60,961 bases of DNA, from positions 1 through 60,961 of IMG/VR virus record IMGVR_UViG_3300032323_001252; one strand, written 5' to 3'. A program made the position numbers and the translations under genes. Below, piece after piece: positions 1 to 10,136 of the stretch. The first letter of the stretch is position 1; every line of letters starts with the position of its first letter. The notes under the pieces are model-generated. The model saw only the letters and a list, made by a program, of their open reading frames with translations, ran no database searches and was not told the DNA's origin. The stretch is from a virus. Its lineage: Duplodnaviria; Caudoviricetes.

Positions 1-336
1 ACCATCAATACCTGGCTTGTCAAACTGTAAAGTTGTAGCAGGGATGTCAATAATTTTAGGGAATTTGTAAGGTACAGCTACCTGCCACTTCCAAGCATCA
101 CTATTGTTGTCAATGTAGTAAGGCGTTGACTTGTTGATCATGTCCAAGAAGTCATTGCTGTACAATGAGCTCTGAGTGTACAGAGAGATAATCTTCTTAT
201 CGTAATCTGCTGGCTCAGTTGAGTGAAAGCTTTCCAAGTGGTTAGAATCTGTCAACTTACCTACTGCACGCTTGTCCATAGACGCAACGCGAGCATAAGT
301 AAAGCCAGTTAAACCTGGAATTGTTTGAATTGCCAT
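1..336 (-). CDS. Major capsid protein, N-terminal part (runs off window edge)
   Basis: Open frame from ATG at 336 to the edge (MAIQTIPGLTGFTYARVASMDKRAVGKLTDSNHLESFHSTEP...WKWQVAVPYKFPKII); terminase-portal-acidic protein-MCP order typical of crAss-like phages. Confidence 0.8.
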   Translation of the reverse strand, partial: MAIQTIPGLTGFTYARVASMDKRAVGKLTDSNHLESFHSTEPADYDKKIISLYTQSSLYSNDFLDMINKSTPYYIDNNSDAWKWQVAVPYKFPKIIDIPATTLQFDKPGIDG

Positions 337-371
337 TTGTTTGTTTTGTTTAAATTAAAAAATATTACGTG

Positions 372-1622
372 TTATGAAAACCAAGATGTTGGCGTTGATG
401 ACTTGGATTTCCCTGACGAACTTTTGGAGGCTTGACGTGCAACCTCTCCAAACAGCTCATTTGACTTCTTAGAGATACCTGATTTTTGAATCGTTGATAA
501 TGTAGGATCCTTTTCTAGGATTTTTAAAAGTAGTGCCACTTTAACCTTCATCTCATGATTCTCAGGACGCTTAAGATCGAGAATGGTTCTATCAAAATCT
601 GTTAATGTTTCTCCAGATCCTGTTTTCCATTTCTCAGCCAAAAGGAAATCTTGTAGTTCACCAGCTAATTTTGGATTAAGAGGAATGCCATCAAACTCTT
701 TAGTTTTTAGCTTCTCTTGTAGAACTGCTGTTACGTTTTGCTGATACTGTTGTTTGTAGGCAGCTTGACGTTGTAACTCTACAGTTCTTTGTTCTTCTAA
801 TTTCTGTAGCTTTGCAGCTTCTTTCTTTATTAGAACTTTATGATGCTTAGCAGCTACGCTTTCTAAGTCACCATAGTTTTGAAGTCTTTCAACTTCTGTT
901 GTTATATCTTCAGGATCAAAACCTTGATCAGCTAAAGCTTGTTTAATTACTGCTATTTGATTTGATTCTTGAGATAAGTCCATCTCAGAGAATGATTCAA
1001 TAGCATTGTATGTACCGAAATATTCTTTAGGATCTACACCCTTAACAAAGATAGCATCGAATGCTTGTTGGTAGTCTTCTCCAAACTGTCCAATGAAGTT
1101 TTGTACCACTTCAATTGCACCTTTCTTTTTCTCAGCTTCAAAGCGTTCTAGGAACTCTTCTGCAGAATTGATAGAAGCATCTTCCTCATCATCTTCTTTT
1201 GTGAAAACACCAAGTTTAAAAAGATCTCGTGATAAAGCAGTGAATTGGTTTGCTGCTGTGTCATCTTCTTCTTCCTCTTCTTCATCTGCTGCAGAAGTTT
1301 CTTCTTTCTTTTCAGCTTTAGGAGCAGGTGTTTCATCCTCATTTTCATCTTCATCACCTCCTAATAGGAAATCTTGAATTGATTTAGAAGGATCGTCTTC
1401 TTTCTTATCTTCAACATCCTCATCAGCCTTTGCTGTAGATGCTTGTTTTTTAATAGGTGCTGCTGCAGGTTCTGCATCAATCTTCTGTACATCATCAGGA
1501 TCAGCAGTAGAAGTATCAGGACCCAATAAGTCATTTAATAACTCTGCGTTTCCCATTCCCATTTCCATGGTGTTCTCAATGCTAAAATTCCCAAATCCTG
1601 GGTTTTCTAAATTCTCGGCCAT
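372..1622 (-). CDS. Acidic head-assembly (scaffold-like) protein
   Basis: 416 aa, very D/E-rich N-half and helical C-half, between portal and MCP. Confidence 0.6.
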   Translation of the reverse strand: MAENLENPGFGNFSIENTMEMGMGNAELLNDLLGPDTSTADPDDVQKIDAEPAAAPIKKQASTAKADEDVEDKKEDDPSKSIQDFLLGGDEDENEDETPAPKAEKKEETSAADEEEEEEDDTAANQFTALSRDLFKLGVFTKEDDEEDASINSAEEFLERFEAEKKKGAIEVVQNFIGQFGEDYQQAFDAIFVKGVDPKEYFGTYNAIESFSEMDLSQESNQIAVIKQALADQGFDPEDITTEVERLQNYGDLESVAAKHHKVLIKKEAAKLQKLEEQRTVELQRQAAYKQQYQQNVTAVLQEKLKTKEFDGIPLNPKLAGELQDFLLAEKWKTGSGETLTDFDRTILDLKRPENHEMKVKVALLLKILEKDPTLSTIQKSGISKKSNELFGEVARQASKSSSGKSKSSTPTSWFS

Positions 1623-1762
1623 ACGTAGTTCAATTTTTATTTGGTTTTTCGATATAAAAGTATATTACATTAATTTAATAACAAAGGGTAAACTGGCTAT
1701 AGAGTTGAATATTCCGCATAATATAGCATTAATGAAATTTACTCTAATCTAATTAGTTAGAA

Positions 1763-4345
1763 TTACTTACTTTTCTTTGCCCTATTGCGTGCATTTATCT
1801 CAGCAACCTTTACATCATTAGCTTGATTTTCTCTTGCTACTTGTAATTTCTCACGCTCTAGTTGCATTTTTTCAGATGCTTGTTTAGACTTAGATTGGAT
1901 ATCTTCCATCTTAACTTGATACTCTGACTGTGCTTTAGATCTATCACTTGCTAATTTGTCTAGTTCTAGTACATCAGCAGTTCCTGAAGTATCTACATCA
2001 GATAAAGGACCAGCTTTAGATTCAGCATTAATCATTGCGATCTGTACTTTATTCAAACGATCAAGCTCTGCTTGGTAATCATCGTGAGCAATCTTTTCAG
2101 CTTGTAACTGTTTAGCTTGTTCTATTTGAGCTTGAGCAATTTGTTGTTGCTGTTCAAGTTCTTGTTGCTTTTGCTGCATTTGCTGATCTTGCATTTGTTC
2201 TTGACGATCTTTCAATGTCTTGAACACTTTCTTCATATCACGAATAGAGTTTGTGCTGTATAGTTCAATGATATCGTGTAATGATCCACCATTTTGTAGA
2301 ACAGCTTGAGACAATCCTCGGATCTCGTTAAACATCTGCTTATCTTCTGGACGATTAGTCAAGAACACCTTAAGATCACGGAACTTAAGATCTGTTCCAT
2401 TCACTTGTACAAATGCTGACTCACCCTCAGATGTAATATATGAAATAGTAGATTGTGGCTTCTTAGATTCGATATATAATGAAGCATCAATAATTGCTTG
2501 ATATAGTTGACCTAATACATACTCATGTGCCACAAATAATGGCTCAGTTTGCGAGTAAGATTGTTGAATGGCAGTGTTAGTACCTGTAGCAGTTTCAGAA
2601 GCTGTAATAGAGCCTAAACGTTGTTTAGACATACCAATCAGTTCCCAACACTCTTGCTTCAACTGCATAGCTAAATTGTAACGAGATTGAATCTCCTGTG
2701 TACGCGTAAGGTCAATATCACGGAATTGATTGAATGAGCTTGGAGACTTTAAGTTCTCTGGGCTGTCATCAATAAACATTACACCACGATTACGTGCTTC
2801 CATTTCCCAAACATCAAGAGCATCTTGTGCATCTCCATCTTTAGGAATAGGGATGTGTCTAATTGATGTTAAATACACCTTACCAACTTCTTTCTCCAAT
2901 AGTTTGTATAATTGATTCATACAAACATTATAAAGAACCTGGAATGGCTTCATTAAGTCTACAAGACTCTTTGCCTCTGTATTCTTAACCTCATGTACTA
3001 CACCAATGATTGGGCAATAGTTTAATAACTTGAATGGTTTAATATGATAGATATCTGGTCCAATCTTAATACCTTGGTACCATTGGTTAATCCATCCCCA
3101 CTCTAATGATTGTTCTGTAGGAATTGTACCCTTCTTGTAGTTTTCGTCTACAAGCATAGATTGTTCATTACCTAATTCATCAACATAGATAAGTTTACCA
3201 ATCTTCTTCTTAGAGATCCAGTAACAACGTACAACTACATACTTATAACCAAATGAAGAAACGTTGTTCGTTAGTCCTAAGAAGTCTTTCAAACCATCAT
3301 TATTCTCCTTCATCTCTGATTCAATAATCATACGTGTTTGTAACACAGCAGGATCATATGTATCATATTGTACAGAGTCTGTACCTGGAATAGCATCAGG
3401 ATTACCTAGATTAGATTCACGAACGTTAATCAAACCATAGTCTTGTAAAGATGAACGCAAGTGGTCAATCTCTTCTTTTGTAATGTCTGGAATAGATTCA
3501 ATAATCTCAGACAATTCCATCACTTGCACAGTACCAGCAGCATACGCACCTTGAGCACGTCCTGTTGGATCTGAAATGTATTTACGATCTGGTGTAGTTA
3601 AGAACCAAGTGTTCTTTGGGTTAGCTACTTCGATGTTATATCCTAGCTTAGAGTTATCCTCATAGATGTGATAGAACTCACGAGCAGAGATTAACATATC
3701 ACGGAATGCATCTTCTGATTTCTCTTTAAGAACAAAATCTGCTTTCTGACATGTAAGAACATGGTTAGCCCATTTCTCAGCTGCAGATGTATATGAATCA
3801 AGTTCATCCTTAACTTGTTCAATTGTCATCTTATCTAATTGCTCATCATCAATTTCCTCACCCTCCATAGCAACTTTTTCTAGGATTTTCTGTTTAGCTT
3901 CATTGATGATAAACTCTTGTAAAACACCTGTCTTGTATTCTAATTCCTCTGCCTTAGAATCCTCATCAAATGCCTTAACACGGAAAGCATCAGGACGCTT
4001 AGAGATCTCGCCTACAAGCTCGTTTAAAGGCGTAGTAATGATTGAATACATCTTTACATATGCTGGTAAAGCTAGATCAGCTGTAAGCATATCTGTAAAA
4101 CTTCTTACTTCTGGCTCTTGGTAGAAATCCTCTGGACGCAAGATACCCTTCACTAAGTCATAGTTCTTAACAAATGTGTCACGATTCTTAATATACTCCG
4201 AATAAGCTTTATTCGCAAAGTAATCCATCGTGTTCTTGATCCAACTTTCATCTTGCTTTTCCTTTTCAGTTTTAAATTGATCAGGGAAGATGTTTAGATA
4301 GGCATATCTAATCGTTGCATCTTTTGTATATCTAATAATTGCCAT
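1763..4345 (-). CDS. Portal protein
   Basis: 860 aa directly after terminase; ASETATGT...QQS motif and Q-rich coiled-coil C-terminus typical of podoviral portals. Confidence 0.85.
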   Translation of the reverse strand: MAIIRYTKDATIRYAYLNIFPDQFKTEKEKQDESWIKNTMDYFANKAYSEYIKNRDTFVKNYDLVKGILRPEDFYQEPEVRSFTDMLTADLALPAYVKMYSIITTPLNELVGEISKRPDAFRVKAFDEDSKAEELEYKTGVLQEFIINEAKQKILEKVAMEGEEIDDEQLDKMTIEQVKDELDSYTSAAEKWANHVLTCQKADFVLKEKSEDAFRDMLISAREFYHIYEDNSKLGYNIEVANPKNTWFLTTPDRKYISDPTGRAQGAYAAGTVQVMELSEIIESIPDITKEEIDHLRSSLQDYGLINVRESNLGNPDAIPGTDSVQYDTYDPAVLQTRMIIESEMKENNDGLKDFLGLTNNVSSFGYKYVVVRCYWISKKKIGKLIYVDELGNEQSMLVDENYKKGTIPTEQSLEWGWINQWYQGIKIGPDIYHIKPFKLLNYCPIIGVVHEVKNTEAKSLVDLMKPFQVLYNVCMNQLYKLLEKEVGKVYLTSIRHIPIPKDGDAQDALDVWEMEARNRGVMFIDDSPENLKSPSSFNQFRDIDLTRTQEIQSRYNLAMQLKQECWELIGMSKQRLGSITASETATGTNTAIQQSYSQTEPLFVAHEYVLGQLYQAIIDASLYIESKKPQSTISYITSEGESAFVQVNGTDLKFRDLKVFLTNRPEDKQMFNEIRGLSQAVLQNGGSLHDIIELYSTNSIRDMKKVFKTLKDRQEQMQDQQMQQKQQELEQQQQIAQAQIEQAKQLQAEKIAHDDYQAELDRLNKVQIAMINAESKAGPLSDVDTSGTADVLELDKLASDRSKAQSEYQVKMEDIQSKSKQASEKMQLEREKLQVARENQANDVKVAEINARNRAKKSK

Positions 4346-6369
4346 TATGTAAACAGTTTATGTTTTTTTGTTTCTGAAAATAGACCATTACTACTTCCAA
4401 ATAATTTATTACTTTTTCTTTTAGCGTGCATTGCCTGTACTCTAGCATCTCCGCCTGCACCAACTTTACCCATCAAAGGATCTAGTTTCATAGCTAATGC
4501 AATGGCTAACTCTGCTGCAATGATACGGTCAAAGTTACCTTCTTCGTTATATTGTATCATTTCTTCTAATAGTACAGGATCGAAGATCTTCACCATACCT
4601 TTCACCTCAGACTTAATCTCTCCTTCATTGTTTTTCTCTACGACTAAGGTTTCCTCTGTGTATTTCTTAAGACATCCGTGTAAGAAATCTCTAATCTTCT
4701 CTGACGATCTATGTATACCATAGTCACGTCTAACAGTAGTATTAGGTACAACTTCTTTTAACCACTCTGGTTGTCTCTCTAGATAGTGTGCTTCATTCCT
4801 AGAAATCATGTGATCAATGAAGGACATCTCATCATTCTCGACAAGAGCTCTTGCATTGTAGTATTTAATGAGGAGGCGAGCTTGTTCTTCCCACGTTTCT
4901 TTCTTATCTGGACGTGCACAATAGGATGCAACAAACATATCTTGGTACTTTTCTCCTGTAATGGCGTGCATACGTTTATATATGTACACAGAACCTAATG
5001 ACGTAGAATATGAAGCTTTACCTTGGCGGTATGGATCGACTCCTGCTACATACAATCCATAAGGAGGACTTTCTACAGGAAACTCATATATAACTATAGG
5101 AGCATCCTTCATGTCTGAATTCTTAAGAGGGAAGTTGGAGATGGGTAGCTTGTCTGTGAATTCATGCTTAACACCTTCTCCATCATCATATAGCACGACT
5201 GGTGTACCTGTACGCTCTTGAGATAAGAGTCTGGCCTTTTGTCGCTTAGCTCCCTCAATATCAAAGATGTTTGAGTCTTCATTCAAGAAGATATCATCTA
5301 CCTCTTGTGGGTAGTACATCTTTTCTTTCAAGTAGGCAATTCTATCACCTGCTTTCTTGAGTCTTTCTAAATTTTCGTTGGTTATTTGTGTGGCTAGTTC
5401 TTCATCAGACACTAGCATCTTTACGTTATGAAGGTCGTCACCTAATGGTTTATCTAGATATGCACCAAGAGTTGATTCATACTTGGCTTCCATTCTAAAC
5501 TTATGTGAAATGAATAACCCGTGTACACGAGTTTCATCTTTGGCATTGTTGTATTCTAAGAAGTTGTAGTTGCCTACATCAAACATCAAGGACTTAGCGT
5601 CCATGAATTTCTTCATATCCCCACCAGTTCCAGTAAGAATCGGTGCACAACCCCAGCCAAAGGGTGTTGTGAAACCTGGAACAGCAGCTTGGAAGCCTCT
5701 AAGGAAAGATCCCTTACCAATTTCATCTATAATTAGTCTTCTAGGCTTTGTACCAGCAATAGCCTCCTCGTTATTACCTTCGTCAAGGTTACGTATTAAT
5801 ATCTGTGAAAAGGGAATACGTTGTCCACCTCTTGTCTTTACACCTAATGTTACTTGGTTCTTCCAGTTATCTTCCACTCTTTGCCACTGCCAAGCAGCTG
5901 GGAGGTGATTAAGTCCTTTATCTATCTTATCTGTAATCAGCTTAATATCGGCTGCATTCAGACCAGCAATAATGTTCTGTGAGTTCTCATCAAATGTAGC
6001 ACCATGTGACACATATGAAGCCTCTAGAACAGACTTAGCAAAACGTCTGATTCCTAGTATAACTAGACCTTTACGTTCTCTTTGTGCTCTGTCAATCTCT
6101 GTTGACACCACCCACTCATTATCTCTTAAGGAAGGATTAGCATACTTCTGGGCTATACGTCCATATTCGTCTATAACGTCCACTTCTGTATGCCATGCAT
6201 TTAGATGCCAATATAAGAATGGGTTAATATACGTATCTCCCATCATAGCACCGTTCTTACACAGCTCCTCATGGAAGGCAAAGAACTCGTCATATTCCTC
6301 ACTGTCTGGTGTAGGAAGACGCTTCTGGTTCATTAACCAATCCTTATAATCTATCTTAAGCAGTTCCAC
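4345..6369 (-). CDS. terL: Terminase large subunit
   Basis: Walker A-like RRFAKS, Walker B LIIDEIGK, motif III TGTGG, nuclease YVAGVDP and NFDRIIA. Confidence 0.92.
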   Translation of the reverse strand: MELLKIDYKDWLMNQKRLPTPDSEEYDEFFAFHEELCKNGAMMGDTYINPFLYWHLNAWHTEVDVIDEYGRIAQKYANPSLRDNEWVVSTEIDRAQRERKGLVILGIRRFAKSVLEASYVSHGATFDENSQNIIAGLNAADIKLITDKIDKGLNHLPAAWQWQRVEDNWKNQVTLGVKTRGGQRIPFSQILIRNLDEGNNEEAIAGTKPRRLIIDEIGKGSFLRGFQAAVPGFTTPFGWGCAPILTGTGGDMKKFMDAKSLMFDVGNYNFLEYNNAKDETRVHGLFISHKFRMEAKYESTLGAYLDKPLGDDLHNVKMLVSDEELATQITNENLERLKKAGDRIAYLKEKMYYPQEVDDIFLNEDSNIFDIEGAKRQKARLLSQERTGTPVVLYDDGEGVKHEFTDKLPISNFPLKNSDMKDAPIVIYEFPVESPPYGLYVAGVDPYRQGKASYSTSLGSVYIYKRMHAITGEKYQDMFVASYCARPDKKETWEEQARLLIKYYNARALVENDEMSFIDHMISRNEAHYLERQPEWLKEVVPNTTVRRDYGIHRSSEKIRDFLHGCLKKYTEETLVVEKNNEGEIKSEVKGMVKIFDPVLLEEMIQYNEEGNFDRIIAAELAIALAMKLDPLMGKVGAGGDARVQAMHAKRKSNKLFGSSNGLFSETKKHKLFT

Positions 6370-6694
6370 TACGTTCTCTTAAAAACTTATCAGCCTTAGA
6401 TCCTAACGTTGATCCTCCTCTTACTTCCACCTTCGCTTCTTCTTTCTCACGAAGCTTATCAACCACCTCTAGTAGAGCTAGATAGTTCTTCATTGTCTCT
6501 TGAATAAACTTACCCTGAGCTTCAATAGATGCAATCACCATAGGTAACATGCCTCCTTTGCTTGTAGGTTTCCATTCAATCCTGTCTTTAAGCTCATGCA
6601 TTGGATTAGCATCAACGTATTGCTTCCATGAAGCTAATTGTTGTTCTGCCCATTCGAGCTCAGTGTTGATGTATGTAGTTTTCTTTAGTGCCAT
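6356..6694 (-). CDS. Hypothetical protein, possible terminase small subunit
   Basis: 112 aa helical ORF overlapping the terL start; call is positional only. Confidence 0.45.
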   Translation of the reverse strand: MALKKTTYINTELEWAEQQLASWKQYVDANPMHELKDRIEWKPTSKGGMLPMVIASIEAQGKFIQETMKNYLALLEVVDKLREKEEAKVEVRGGSTLGSKADKFLRERSGTA

Positions 6695-6699
6695 GTAGC

Positions 6700-6981
6700 T
6701 TAGTCGGTGAATTCTGGAAAATCTTCATCTAGTATTGTATCTAGATTCATTCCTTCCTTTATAATCTTATCTATTTCTGTATCGTCTGGATGAGGAACAT
6801 CCTGCATCAATTCTGCCTTGTACTTTGACAGTGCGTAAACTATCTCCCTATCTGTCATTCCCCATATGTCTTTGTATTCATATAGAGCTGTTGCTAAATG
6901 TCTTCCTAGATTGTATGTAGGAAATGCTTTCTGTAGATCTTCTAAGATCTTTAATGCTTGTTGATAGGAGGTTAGTTTCAT
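6700..6981 (-). CDS. Hypothetical protein
   Basis: 93 aa ORF in tightly packed operon. Confidence 0.7.
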   Translation of the reverse strand: MKLTSYQQALKILEDLQKAFPTYNLGRHLATALYEYKDIWGMTDREIVYALSKYKAELMQDVPHPDDTEIDKIIKEGMNLDTILDEDFPEFTD

Positions 6982-6987
6982 AGCTGG

Positions 6988-7257
6988 TTAAATTAAATCA
7001 TTGATGTCATCCTCAGAGAACTTACTGTCCTCTTCGTTGTAATCAATGTCTTCGATGCTATTCTGAATCAGTTCAAAATCATCTGATTCTTGCATCTCTT
7101 TGCACATATACTCTTTTGTAAAAATGACAGAAAGCTTTCCTTCCTCTTCATCCGTGTTGACCAAGTCAACGTAGTCCACTCCCTTATTATATAAGTCTAC
7201 AAAGACATCTATAATCTCGTTCAAGGAAATCTTCTTGATTAATACTTTTCTAGCCAT
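6988..7257 (-). CDS. Acidic hypothetical protein
   Basis: 89 aa ORF, packed operon. Confidence 0.7.
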   Translation of the reverse strand: MARKVLIKKISLNEIIDVFVDLYNKGVDYVDLVNTDEEEGKLSVIFTKEYMCKEMQESDDFELIQNSIEDIDYNEEDSKFSEDDINDLI

Positions 7258-7549
7258 TGTTTACGTCTTTCTTTAATTGATCTTCTTCTTCTGGGTTTGT
7301 CATTACAGCTCCCCATTTATTCTGTGGACATGAGCATGACAAACATGCTGTTTTTGCTTCTAAATTACATCCACAATCTGTACAATGTGAATCTGGACGT
7401 AATGGTGTACTGTGAAACTTAGAATGAAAAGGACATTTGCTACATATTGCTAAACGTTCTTCAGATACATCATGTATCAATACTTTCATCTCTGTAGGAG
7501 GAACTAACTTGTTTCGCCATCCCTCGTAAATTTGGCCGAAGTTAATCAT
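7250..7549 (-). CDS. Cys-rich zinc-binding protein
   Basis: RLAICSKC...CTDCGC...CSCP..KW pattern. Confidence 0.7.
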   Translation of the reverse strand: MINFGQIYEGWRNKLVPPTEMKVLIHDVSEERLAICSKCPFHSKFHSTPLRPDSHCTDCGCNLEAKTACLSCSCPQNKWGAVMTNPEEEDQLKKDVNNG

Positions 7550-7892
7550 TGTTGGTTATTTTTGGTTTTAAAAGTCTTATCTGCTTTTCCAATATCTCTA
7601 TTGCATTCTCCAATTTCTTTGGATCTGCATTGTTATTGTTAAGCTGTTTTTTTGTCCTTTCTAGCTTAGCCTCTAAAGCTGCTAGTTTCTTTATCGCCTT
7701 CTTATTATTGAACAATATACGTCCAAATCCAGAAAGCTCTAGAGAACGGTTAACATCCATAGCCTCATTAGCTGATTGAAACTGATGATTAACCACAGCT
7801 TCAACTATCTTCTCAGACATAGCCAACTTTATTGACAATGCCCTAACAAGATATTCCTTATGAGACATACTCTTAGGCTTGTTATACTCCAT
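7542..7892 (-). CDS. HU/IHF-like DNA-binding protein
   Basis: Two N-terminal helices then LELSGFGRILF (HU/IHF GFGxF motif). Confidence 0.7.
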   Translation of the reverse strand: MEYNKPKSMSHKEYLVRALSIKLAMSEKIVEAVVNHQFQSANEAMDVNRSLELSGFGRILFNNKKAIKKLAALEAKLERTKKQLNNNNADPKKLENAIEILEKQIRLLKPKITNND

Positions 7893-8244
7893 GCTCTAAC
7901 TTTATCTCTAATGTAATATTCTCTGAGAATGGGAGAATAATCAATGGATTAACTTTAATCTTTGTTCCATCCTTAACTAAGACACCAACCTTCTTAAGCT
8001 TAGAAATTATGTTATTGATTGTAGGACTTGTAGAATTATACTTACTACAAAACTCTTCTCTTATATTACTGTAGGATATATTACCATGTATAGCTGTAAA
8101 TGCTACTAATTGTATCTCTCTAGTTGTAAGGTTTAAGTTGTTCACTGTAGACAGTATAGAATAATACTTCTCAGCTAAAGCATAATTACTATCAGTAGTT
8201 CTTTTTAATCTTTGTACAATAACCTTTTTCTTAATCTCTTCCAT
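7882..8244 (-). CDS. Winged-helix-like DNA-binding protein
   Basis: NLTTREIQL...INNIISKLKKVGVLVK resembles wHTH; first gene of leftward operon. Confidence 0.5.
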   Translation of the reverse strand: MEEIKKKVIVQRLKRTTDSNYALAEKYYSILSTVNNLNLTTREIQLVAFTAIHGNISYSNIREEFCSKYNSTSPTINNIISKLKKVGVLVKDGTKIKVNPLIILPFSENITLEIKLEHGV

Positions 8245-8659
8245 ATGTAGTTGGCATTCTATAGAATTATAGACGCTATATTAAGAATTATATTTGGTAA
8301 ATACAAATGAAAGGGAAAATATTATTAGAGAGAGCTCTACAGTGTACATATTATACCACCTAATTTCCTTCACTCTAAATGAGACTCCTAGTCCAAAGTC
8401 TGTTAATGTGTTGAATCTAAAATATATCATAATAGAAGAGTTTTTAGTTATAGCCCCCCCTTCCCCCCCAAAGGTAACTGAAGTTTTTTAATTTCCAAAA
8501 TTTCGTCCTGGGTGAAAATTGGAAAAATTTTTTAGGATGGGGGTACCCACCATATGCATGAGAGAGGAGTCCATATCAGACTGCAGCCCCGTAGGGTAAT
8601 TGAGGGTATCGGTGCATCCCCCCTATCAAGCATGCACCATAACGAAAATCAATATTACC

Positions 8660-9043
8660 ATGAAAAACTTAGTGATTAACAACGGAACATTCTCAGCAGC
8701 AGGTAACTTCTCAGGCTACAACACATTGGGAACAAGAGTTCACATCTACAAACGTCAGATGGACGCAATGGGATGGTCAAGCGTGGAGGACATCGAGTTC
8801 CCATTCTACGCTATCGCAGACATCAAGACAGTGCAATCAACAGATGACGCGGGTAATCCAGTGGGAGAAGCGAGTGAGAGACTAACAGCATTGAGCGTGT
8901 TCAAGACTAAGACAGAGATGACACAGGCACACGTAGACAACGCAACACTTGACATGGAAATCAAGAAGAGCATTGCAGACGAGGCAGCCAAAGTGGGACT
9001 TGACACAGTGAGCATCGAGGCATTGATGAACGCGATTGCCTAA
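8660..9043 (+). CDS. Early hypothetical protein, paralog copy 1
   Basis: MKNLVINNGTFSAAGNFSGY...; aligns end to end with 9446-9826; ATG 8660 chosen from that alignment. Confidence 0.85.
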   Translation: MKNLVINNGTFSAAGNFSGYNTLGTRVHIYKRQMDAMGWSSVEDIEFPFYAIADIKTVQSTDDAGNPVGEASERLTALSVFKTKTEMTQAHVDNATLDMEIKKSIADEAAKVGLDTVSIEALMNAIA

Positions 9044-9090
9044 CATTAACAGGGAGAGGGTAACAACTCTCCCTTTAACCAACTAAAGAG

Positions 9091-9288
9091 ATGACAACAA
9101 AGGAAAGAGAAGACGAAGCAGGAATGCTGATGCTAATGCTAGAGCAGGACAAGGAGAACATTGCTGCACTACGCAAGTTACTAATCCATGGTGCAATCAC
9201 AACAGATGAGCACACACGAATCTTCAGTAGAATCAGAAGCAACGTGAACGAAACACTTCACCAGCTACAACAAACTGCAAGAGAGTAA
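9091..9288 (+). CDS. Small helical early protein
   Basis: 65 aa ORF between a hairpin and a terminator. Confidence 0.7.
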   Translation: MTTKEREDEAGMLMLMLEQDKENIAALRKLLIHGAITTDEHTRIFSRIRSNVNETLHQLQQTARE

Positions 9289-9293
9289 CAATC

Positions 9294-9318
9294 AAAGGGG
9301 GCTTACGCCCTCTTTTTT
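9294..9318 (+). terminator. Intrinsic terminator
   Basis: AAAGGGGGC-TTAC-GCCCTCTTTTTT. Confidence 0.8.
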
Positions 9319-9445
9319 CCCAGCCTGATCATCAGACTGCATCCCTTTAGATATATAGATATTTTTAAATAAGATATTAGGATAGTTGTGTCTCCTATTA
9401 ATAAGTACACATAAACAATTTTCACTTTTTTATTTATTCATTATT

Positions 9446-9826
9446 ATGAAAAATTACGTAATTAACAATGGTAGCTTTACTGCTGCGGGAAACTTCTCAG
9501 GTTATACAGCTTTGGGAGAACGTGTTCACATCTTTGCTCGCCAAATGGAATCATTAGGTTGGAGCAGTGTAGATGAGGTGTCATTTCCATTCTATGCTAT
9601 CGGTGATGTAAAACAAATCGATAATGTAGATGAGAATGGTGTAGTGTTATCTTCATCTTCTAGACTTACAGCTTTATCTGTATTCAAATCTAAGACAGAT
9701 ATTGTTAACGCTCACGCTGAATCAGCATTCTTAGATGTAGAGATTAAACAATCTATATCTCAACAAGCTGCTAAGGTAGGCTTATCTCAGTCTGCTATCG
9801 ATAGTTTACTTGCTGTAACTATCTAA
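9446..9826 (+). CDS. Early hypothetical protein, paralog copy 2
   Basis: MKNYVINNGSFTAAGNFSGY...; paralog of 8660-9043. Confidence 0.85.
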   Translation: MKNYVINNGSFTAAGNFSGYTALGERVHIFARQMESLGWSSVDEVSFPFYAIGDVKQIDNVDENGVVLSSSSRLTALSVFKSKTDIVNAHAESAFLDVEIKQSISQQAAKVGLSQSAIDSLLAVTI

Positions 9827-9861
9827 TTGTATTGTAATAAGGAGAGATTGGAAACTTTCTC

Positions 9862-10100
9862 TCCTTATATATAAGTAAAAAGTTTTTTTCTCTATATATA
9901 TAGAAAACTTTTTGTGTAAGTGTAAATGGTGTAGTGTAGACCTTGTATGTATATATATGTTGGTTTACACAAACTGTGAATTGGTATAGGTATAAATATA
10001 TAGCTATAACTTGTAGTCTATATAAGTTTGTTCTCTCTATATAGATAAGTTTATATATTATATATAGTTATATACTTAGTTAGTATTATAGTATTGACTA
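9862..10100. repeat. TA-rich palindromic non-coding tract (origin/promoter candidate)
   Basis: Repeated CTATATA(TA)TAG / TTATATATAA palindromes; inverted repeat AAAAAGTTTT...CTATATATATAG-AAAACTTTTT at 9877-9913. Confidence 0.55.
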
Positions 10101-10136
10101 CGGAATTTTGTTTTATCTTTTAAATATAATCCTTCT

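Noticed and set aside
6030-6060. Terminase Walker A RRFAKS lacking Gly
   Set aside because: Deviant Walker A motifs are common in terminases and the other motifs are intact
1093-6349. Plus-strand ORFs opposite scaffold, portal and terL
   Set aside because: Antisense shadows of real genes with skewed composition
8294-8491. 65 aa ORF in the divergent gap
   Set aside because: Non-ATG start, crosses C-runs and promoter-like sites, no recognisable features
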